Source: Nemertoderma westbladi | Lineage: Eukaryota; Animalia; Xenacoelomorpha | Direction: 5' to 3' | DNA length: 43,818 bases | Assembly: GCA_032718475.1 (NCBI GenBank) | Contig: JAUCBJ010007089.1 | Coordinates: forward strand, 1-43,818 | Shown here: one piece after another, positions 35,665 to 43,818 of the stretch | How the letters are laid out: the number at the start of each line of letters is the position of its first letter | How positions within the stretch are numbered: position 1 is the stretch's first letter | Translations under genes and position numbers: made by a program | The notes under the pieces: generated by a model | What the model was told of the DNA's origin: nothing | Database searches by the model: none | What the model saw: only the letters and a program-made list of their open reading frames with translations

Positions 35665-36498
35665 CTGCAATGCAGAAAAATAATATACAAATTACTGATA
35701 TTTTACGTATGGCTGGCTACTTAAACGGACGGTGTTTCTGGGAAAATTAATTCATAATAGATAATACAGTAGATTTGTAAAGATAAGAGCCGAATCCACA
35801 AATATTTTCACCTTGGATCTCGGGAGTCGAGAAATTCTTCGCTGGGTGCACTGATATTCAGGGGTTCGAAGGTCTAATAAGTCGAGCCGTTCTAAATGCG
35901 GTCTCTACCACCGGTCTAATTTTATACAGTAGTCTTCCCACTAAAGTCCGCCAAACACTGCTAAACCCCCGCAAACAGCGGATGAATCGAATAACCTTCC
36001 TATTCTCGGGCGAACAGCTGTTGCTAATGTGGAGAATATGTAACCTCACCAGGGCTACTCTCTCCAGAAGGGGAACATCAATTTTATTACTTGAGGTCTT
36101 ATCAGTCGACAAACAATCAGTAGTTCAGGGTGTGCACTGGGGCGCAGGCTAATTTAATTTTATAATTTTATCCGAAAATATCAAATTTAATTTTATCTGA
36201 ATACAGAAAGTTTTAAACCTGGGTCTAACAGCTGTCAATAGTGCCGGGTTACCGTCGTCTCAATTTCCAGTTTCGTCCCTATACTGTAATGTCCAAGCTT
36301 TCCTGCAATCTACTAACCAAAATAAATGAATGAATAACTTTCTAGCTAATATTTTGCCGCAAAAAATAGTACGACAGGTTTATTTTCAATCACTCAACTT
36401 ATGTACTAAAACAAAATAAACGAGAGAAATTAAACCCCAATGAAACCTAATCCGGCAAAACTAATGCGATGAGTTCTACTCATTTAATTTGCGTTGGC

Positions 36499-39400
36499 TA
36501 AGTTGGTGCACACGAAGGGTCTATTAAACCCAACCTTACCTAATTAATAAGTTGGTGCACACGAAGCGTCTATTAAACCCAACCTCACCTAATTAATAAG
36601 TTGGTGCACACGAAGCGTCTATTAAACCCAACCTTACCTAATTAATAAGTTGGTGCACACGAAGCGTCTATTAAACCCAACCTTACCTAATTAATAAGTT
36701 GGTGCACACGAAGCGTCTATTAAACCCAACCTTACCTAATTAATAAGTTGGTGCACACGAAGCGTCTATTAAACCCAACCTTACCTAATTAATAAGTTGG
36801 TGCACACGAAGCGTCTATTAAACCCAACCATACCTAATTAATAAGTTGGTGCACACGAAGCGTCTATTAAACCCAACCTTACCTAATTAATAAGTTGGTG
36901 CACACGAAGCGTCTATTAAACCCAACCTTACCTAATTAATAAGTTGGTGCACACGAAGCGTCTATTAAACCCAACCTCACCTAATTAATAAGTTGGTGCA
37001 CACGAAGCGTCTATTAAACCCAACCTTACCTAATTAATAAGTTGGTGCACACGAAGCGTCTATTAAACCCAACCTTACCTAATTAATAAGTTGGTGCACA
37101 CGAAGCGTCTATTAAACCCAACCTTACCTAATTAATAAGTTGGTGCACACGAAGCGTCTATTAAACCCAACCTTACCTAATTAATAAGTTGGTGCACACG
37201 AAGCGTCTATTAAACCCAACCTTACCTAATTAATAAGTTGGTGCACACGAAGCGTCTATTAAACCCAACCTTACCTAATTAATAAGTTGGTGCACACGAA
37301 GCGTCTATTAAACCCAACCTTACCTAATTAATAAGTTGGTGCACACGAAGCGTCTATTAAACCCAACCTTACCTAATTAATAAGTTGGTGCACACGAAGC
37401 GTCTATTAAACCCAACCTTACCTAATTAATAAGTTGGTGCACACGAAGCGTCTATTAAACCCAACCTTACCTAATTAATAAGTTGGTGCACACGAAGCGT
37501 CTATTAAACCCAACCTTACCTAATTAATAAGTTGGTGCACACGAAGCGTCTATTAAACCCAACCTTACCTAATTAATAAGTTGGTGCACACGAAGCGTCT
37601 ATTAAACCCAACCTTACCTAATTAATAAGTTGGTGCACACGAAGCGTCTATTAAACCCAACCTTACCTAATTAATAAGTTGGTGCACACGAAGCGTCTAT
37701 TAAACCCAACCTTACCTAATTAATAAGTTGGTGCACACGAAGCGTCTATTAAACCCAACCTTACCTAATTAATAAGTTGGTGCACACGAAGCGTCTATTA
37801 AACCCAACCTTACCTAATTAATAAGTTGGTGCACACGAGGCGTCTATTAAACCCAACCTTACCTAATTAATAAGTTTGTGCACACGAAGCGTCTATTAAA
37901 CCCAACCTTACCTAATTAATAAGTTGGTGCACACGAAGCGTCTATTAAACCCAACCTTACCTAATTAATAAGTTGGTGCACACGAAGCGTCTATTAAACC
38001 CAACCTTACCTAATTAATAAGTTTGTGCACACGAAGCGTCTATTAAACCCAACCTTACCTAATTAATAAGTTGGTGCACACGAAGCGTCTATTAAACCCA
38101 ACCTTACCTAATTAATAAGTTGGTGCACACGAAGCGTCTATTAAACCCAACCTTACCTAATTAATAAGTTGGTGCACACGAAGCGTCTATTAAACCCAAC
38201 CTTACCTAATTAATAAGTTGGTGCACACGAAGCGTCTATTAAACCCAACCTTACCTAATTAATAAGTTGGTGCACACGAAGCGTCTATTAAACCCAACCT
38301 TACCTAATTAATAAGTTGGTGCACACGAAGCGTCTATTAAACCCAACCTTACCTAATTAATAAGTTGGTGCACACGAAGCGTCTATTAAACCCAACCTTA
38401 CCTAATTAATAAGTTGGTGCACACGAAGCGTCTATTAAACCCAACCTTACCTAATTAATAAGTTGGTGCACACGAAGCGTCTATTAAACCCAACCTTACC
38501 TAATTAATAAGTTGGTGCACACGAAGCGTCTATTAAACCCAACCTTACCTAATTAATAAGTTGGTGCACACGAAGCGTCTATTAAACCCAACCTTACCTA
38601 ATTAATAAGTTGGTGCCCACGAAGCGTCTATTAAACCCAACCTTACCTAATTAATAAGTTGGTGCACACGAAGAGTCTATTAAACCCAACCTTACCTAAT
38701 TAATAAGTTGGTGCACACGAAGCGTCTATTAAACCCAACCTTACCTAATTAATAAGTTGGTGCACACGAAGCGTCTATTAAACCCAACCTTACCTAATTA
38801 ATAAGTTGGTGCACACGAAGCGTCTATTAAACCCAACCTTACCTAATTAATAAGTTGGTGCACACGAAGCGTCTATTAAACCCAACCTTACCTAATTAAT
38901 AAGTTGGTGCACACGAAGCGTCTATTAAACCCAACCTTACCTAATTAATAAGTTGGTGCACACGAAGCGTCTATTAAACCCAACCTTACCTAATTAATAA
39001 GTTGGTGCACACGAAGCGTCTATTAAACCCAACCTTACCTAATTAATAAGTTGGTGCACACGAAGCGTCTATTAAACCAAACCTTACCTAATTAATAAGT
39101 TGGTGCACACGAAGCGTCTAATTAAACCCAACCTTACCTAATTAATAAGTTGGTGCACACGAAGCGTCTATTAAACCCAACCTTACCTAATTAATAAGTT
39201 GGTGCACACGAAGCGTCTATTAAGCCCAACCTTACCTAATTAATAAGTTGGTGCACACGAAGCGTCTATTAAACCCAACCTTAGCTAATTAATAAGTTGG
39301 TGCACACGAAGCGTCTATTAAACCCAACCTTACCTAATTAATAAGTTGGTGCACACGAAGCGTCTATTAAACCCAACCTTACCTAATTAATAAGTTGGTG

Positions 39401-41208
39401 CACACGAAGCGTCTATTAAACCCAACCTTACCTAATTAATAAGTTGGTGCACACGAAGCGTCTATTAAACCCAACCTTAGCTAATTAATAAGTTGGTGCA
39501 CACGAAGCGTCTATTAAACCCAACCTTACCTAATTAATAAGTTGGTGCACACGAAGCGTCTATTAAACCCAACCTTACCTAATTAATAAGTTGGTGCACA
39601 CGAAGCGCCTATTAAACCCAACCTTACCTAATTAATAAGTTGGTGCACACGAAGCGTCTATTAAACCCAACCTTACCTAATTAATAAGTTGGTGCACACG
39701 AAGCGTCTATTAAACCCAACCTTACCTAATTAATAAGTTGGTGCACACGAAGCGTCTATTAAACCCAACCTCACCTAATTAATAAGTTGGTGCACACGAA
39801 GCGTCTATTAAACCCAACCTTAGCTAATTAATAAGTTGGTGCACACGAAGCGTCTATTAAACCCAACCATGCCTAATTAATAAGTTGGTGCACACGAAGC
39901 GTCTATTAAACCCAACCTTACCTAATTAATAAGTTGGTGCACACGAAGCGTCTATTAAACCCAACCTTACTTAATTAATAAGTTGGTGCACACGAAGCGT
40001 CTATTAAACCCAACCTTACCTAATTAATAAGTTGGTGCACACGAAGCGTCTATTAAACCCAACCTTAGCTAATTAATAAGTTGGTGCACACGAAGCGTCT
40101 ATTAAACCCAACCTTACCTAATTAATACGTTGGTGCACACGAAGCGTCTATTAAACCCAACCTTACCTAATTAATAAGTTGGTGCACACGAAGCGTCTAT
40201 TAAACCCAACCTTACCTAATTAATAAGTTGGTGCACACGAAGCGTCTATTAAACCCAACCTTACCTAATTAATAAGTTGGTGCACACGAAGCGTCTATTA
40301 AACCCAACCTTACCTAATTAATAAGTTGGTGCACACGAAGCGTCTATTAAACCCAACCTTACCTAATTAATAAGTTGGTGCACACGAAGCGTCTATTAAA
40401 CCAAACCTTACCTAATTAATAAGTTGGTGCACACGAAGCGTCTATTAAACCCAACCTTACCTAATTAATAAGTTGGTGCACACGAAGCGTCTATTAAACC
40501 CAACCTTACCTAATTAATAAGTTGGTGCACACGAAGCGTCTATTAAACCCAACCTTACCTAATTAATAAGTTGGTGCACACGAAGCGTCTATTAAACCCA
40601 ACCTTACCTAATTAATAAGTTGGTGCACACGAAGCGTCTATTAGACCCAACCTTACCTAATTAATAAGTTGGTGCACACGAAGCGTCTATTAAACCCAAC
40701 CTTACCTAATTAATAAGTTGGTGCACACGAAGCGTCTATTAAACCCAACCTTACCTAATTAATAAGTTGGTGCACACGAAGCGTCTATTAAACCCAACCT
40801 TACCTAATTAATAAGTTGGTGCACACGAAGCGTCTTTTAAACCCAACCTTACCTAATTAATAAGTTGGTGCACACGAAGCGTCTATTAAACCCAACCTTA
40901 CCTAATTAATAAGTTGGTGCACACGAAGCGTCTATTAAACCCAACCTTAGCTAATTAATAAGTTGGTGCACACGAAGCGTCTATTAAACCCAACCATACC
41001 TAATTAATAAGTTGGTGCACACGAAGCGTCTATTAAACCCAACCTTACCTAATTAATAAGTTGGTGCACACGAAGCGTCTATTAAACCCAACCTTACCTA
41101 ATTAATAAGTTGGTGCACACGAAGCGTCTATTAAACCAAACCTTACCTAATTAATAAGTTGGTGCACACGAAGCGTCTATTAAACACAACCTTACCTAAA
41201 TAATAAGT
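36499..41208. repeat. 49-bp satellite, about 96 near-identical copies, in sulfatase intron 1
   Basis: Unit AAGTTGGTGCACACGAAGCGTCTATTAAACCCAACCTTACCTAATTAAT, with only sporadic single-base variants. Confidence 0.97.
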
Positions 41209-41485
41209 CAATATTCCGCAAACACCTAAAATATTCCAGTCCAAATTTAAATAATATTAAAGTGGCGCGCTTTTTGCATTCTACTGTAATTTGAATGATT
41301 ACGCCCAATATCGCTATCCCGTTTTATACTAAACTTTAGCTGAAACTAAATTTTAATTGTTAACAGTCAGACTAAAATTAGATAAACAATAAACGAATTG
41401 GTTAGGTATAAATAAATCAGATATCAAATATCGAAATTGGATTTCAAAAACTGGACGAAGTTGTGTCCAACAAAGTCCTGAATAA

Positions 41486-41598
41486 TTTGGATTCTGCAAA
41501 CACTTTGGACAGATTTTGGACTCTGCAAATACTTTGGACTGAATTTGGACTCAGCAAACACTTTGGACTGAATTTGGACTCCGCAAATACTTTGGACT
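41486..41598. repeat. 29-bp minisatellite, about 4 copies
   Basis: TTTGGACTCTGCAAATACTTTGGACTGAA-like units at 41486, 41515, 41544 and 41573. Confidence 0.85.
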
Positions 41599-43014
41599 AA
41601 GATGTGAACGGTGTTTCCGGACTGTCACTATGGTTAAACGTTCACCAAAGCCCAATTCTGAGTTAGAACCCCCCACGGCATCTGTCCCGCCCTATAGTGA
41701 AGTGGTCCCAAAACATGCCCTGTACTTCCCTTTTATAAGTAGAAACTCCCTCATTCTGTCATCATCCACCAGTTCCCAACACGCGCGCTGCCGGTAGATA
41801 CTTCCCGCGCGTTCTACTCCATAGCGCGGTCTGTCATACTAGCTGTAGGCGAGTGGGTAGGCCTACTGCATAAGCAGTAGATAAATAACTGATTACATAA
41901 TATTGAAGCTAAAATCAGTCTTTCACGGTACAATTACTGCATTATTATAGCGAAATGTATAAAACAAAGCAGAATCAAAGATTACAGCAAAATTCAACAA
42001 CAAAATCACATGACTTACTTCAACTACAAAATTAAGAAGAATAACAATAACAAGCAAGAAGAATGAGTCACCACTTTAGTCAAGCCAAATCCTACTTTCA
42101 TTGGACAAACCTAAATAGCTAAACCAATGAGAGAGCTGGATTATCGCCCTACTCGCTCCTTGCCTTTTCGCCTAATGTTATTACCATATATGGTAGTGAA
42201 AGTGCTCTTTTGGGCTTCTAATAGACCCCTATACGATCCATTAGAGCTATTACGTAACAGTAAATTTTTACAAAGGGGTTAGTGTGGCTATACATTTTAC
42301 TACCAAATTCGGCCGCGGTGGCATTCCTTTTAAATATACACTGTAAATACACTGTGCATTGGTTATGAATATAAGTATTGTGCCCAAGTAAATATAATGC
42401 ACCCGAAATGTTCCCTTATTACTACAGTAATATGACAAAACAACTGTTAGTTCTTATACTTTCCCCCATTTCTTATGATAACTATTAAGATTTTATATGA
42501 ATACTAAGTACGTACTGTATAGCTTGAATTTCCTTCTAAGTAGCACTAATATCTTTCATATAACAAAAACGTAAAAAATTCAGGGCTGTTCCTTACTTGC
42601 TAAATAATGGGCAATTACCTAATAAATGCATACATACAATTGCCTAGGCATTTTAAAAAGATTGAATCTCTATAAACAGTTAACAAAAAGTTAATAAACA
42701 GTAAGATAAATTTAAGTTAGAAAACTTACGTAAGAATATGGAAATCAAAAAAGAAATGGAAATCACAGCAAAGAAATGTGGGTCAGACAGAACAGAGGAG
42801 AAACTTAAGTCAGAAAATGGAAGTCTAACTAGAAAAATAAGAGTAGCAAAGTATTTTCCTCGGCTAGTTCATACTGTACTCCTCTGGTATCTAATGGGTC
42901 ATCCTAGAAAAATTTATATTTACGATTAAGAAAATGGGTACAGTCTGCATCTATATATATCTCTACATATATTATTTAAGCGGATGAGAGAACGATTGTT
43001 TGAGCGGAACCCAC

Positions 43015-43223
43015 CTGGTTGGTGTGCACAGCGGTTGCACGTAGTAATTGTTCAATATGACACCCTCGTATGCAAGTCGGTCCAGATTGGGGGTTGAAAT
43101 TTGTCCGCTACCATGGAAACCAACATCGTTCCACCCCAAATCGTCAGCCAATATAAATATAATATGCGGTTGCTTAGCAACGCAAATCCGCGTTAGTAAC
43201 AGGATATAAAGGAGTTTGTTCAT
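43015..43223 (-). CDS. ARSB-like: Arylsulfatase B/I/J-like, coding exon 1 (signal peptide plus catalytic CxPxR)
   Basis: [39 protein letters not shown]...TPNLDRLA...[10 protein letters not shown](R), donor AG|GTGGGT. CTPTR is the formylglycine signature of type I sulfatases. Confidence 0.93.
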
Positions 43224-43384
43224 ATTATATGGCAATAAGCACTATAATTTTCATAAAAATTGCGGGAGATGCGTATTACTAAAATACATATAGTGTATTT
43301 GTATTACAATTATTACTAAATATTATTATTATTATTTAGTAAAGTAAAATTTATCAGAAAATTACAAACTTATCAGAAAATTAA

Positions 43385-43427
43385 CGTGGGACCATGGAGC
43401 CCATTTTGGTACTTAAGAAGGATAATT
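43385..43427 (+). mobile_element. 43-bp internal fragment of RTE family 1 RT
   Basis: CGTGGGACCATGGAGCCCATTTTGG(T)ACTTA(A)GAAGGATAATT matches 21898-21939. Confidence 0.8.
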
Positions 43428-43620
43428 CCTCATGTACACATACACTGATTCAAACTATAGTACAGTTCTTCCTCAGGTACATATACACTGACTCTAACTG
43501 TAGTACAGTTCTTCCTCAGGTACATATTCACTGACTCAAACTGTAGTACAGTTCTTCCTCATGTATACATACACTGACTCAAACTGTAGTAGGCCTACAG
43601 TTTGTTGTTCTTCCTCGGGT
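43426..43620. repeat. 43-bp minisatellite, about 4.3 copies
   Basis: TTCCTCAGGTACATATACACTGACTCAAACTGTAGTACAGTTC-like units at 43426, 43469, 43512 and 43555. Confidence 0.85.
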
Positions 43621-43818
43621 ATAATGAATGTTGATATAAGTTTCAAATTTACCGCCAAAAAAAGTTTACCAATATGAGAAGAAATGAAAGAACAAAAAAT
43701 ACTGTAGAAACCCCAAACTGCAAGTAACCATAGTAACCAGCAGAGAAATACAAAAGATACAGAAAAATAAAGGAAATATTAATATAAACAGCGGATTTAA
43801 GAAAGTAAACCACTGTTT

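Noticed and set aside
35858-36112. 84-aa minus-strand ORF as an extra sulfatase exon
   Set aside because: No sulfatase similarity; exons 1 and 2 already join seamlessly (CTPTR-SALLTGR).
36499-41208. CRISPR-like array
   Set aside because: Units are contiguous and near-identical with no unique spacers; no cas genes; eukaryotic intron context.
42738-42929. 63-aa Lys/Glu-rich ORF
   Set aside because: A-rich intronic sequence antisense to the sulfatase with no recognisable motif.
43224-43235. ORF-track start MPYN for the sulfatase
   Set aside because: It is a non-ATG (TTG) start; the ATG at 43223 gives a normal signal peptide.

Overview
Eukaryotic (most likely invertebrate animal) genomic DNA that is mostly transposon-derived. 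The only securely recognisable host gene is a formylglycine-dependent arylsulfatase (ARSB/I/J-like) on the minus strand. Exon 1 (43223-43015) and exon 2 (35664-35519) splice in frame; no exon 3 (expected GKWHLG) was found in the remaining 35.5 kb. Intron 1 holds a homogeneous 49-bp satellite of about 96 copies. A candidate first coding exon of a second, type II membrane-type gene lies at 14818-14661 (-). The most striking structure is a 13.4-kb head-to-tail train of six non-autonomous Helitrons from two families (1228-14638). Their interiors are ~146-147-bp repeats, most carrying a co-oriented, bipartite CTCF-like motif (about 60 sites counted by eye, including degenerate ones), and the flanking host target resembles the elements' own 5' end. 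The rest is nested debris: two RTE-like LINE families with (TAG)n tails, another LINE remnant, a decayed Gypsy-like pol, piggyBac-like (TTAA) and hAT-like (8-bp TSD) non-autonomous elements, a recurring LTR-leader-like segment with block-wise conservation, and apparent Tc1/mariner-type excision footprints. Coordinates and counts were read manually and may be off by a few bases.
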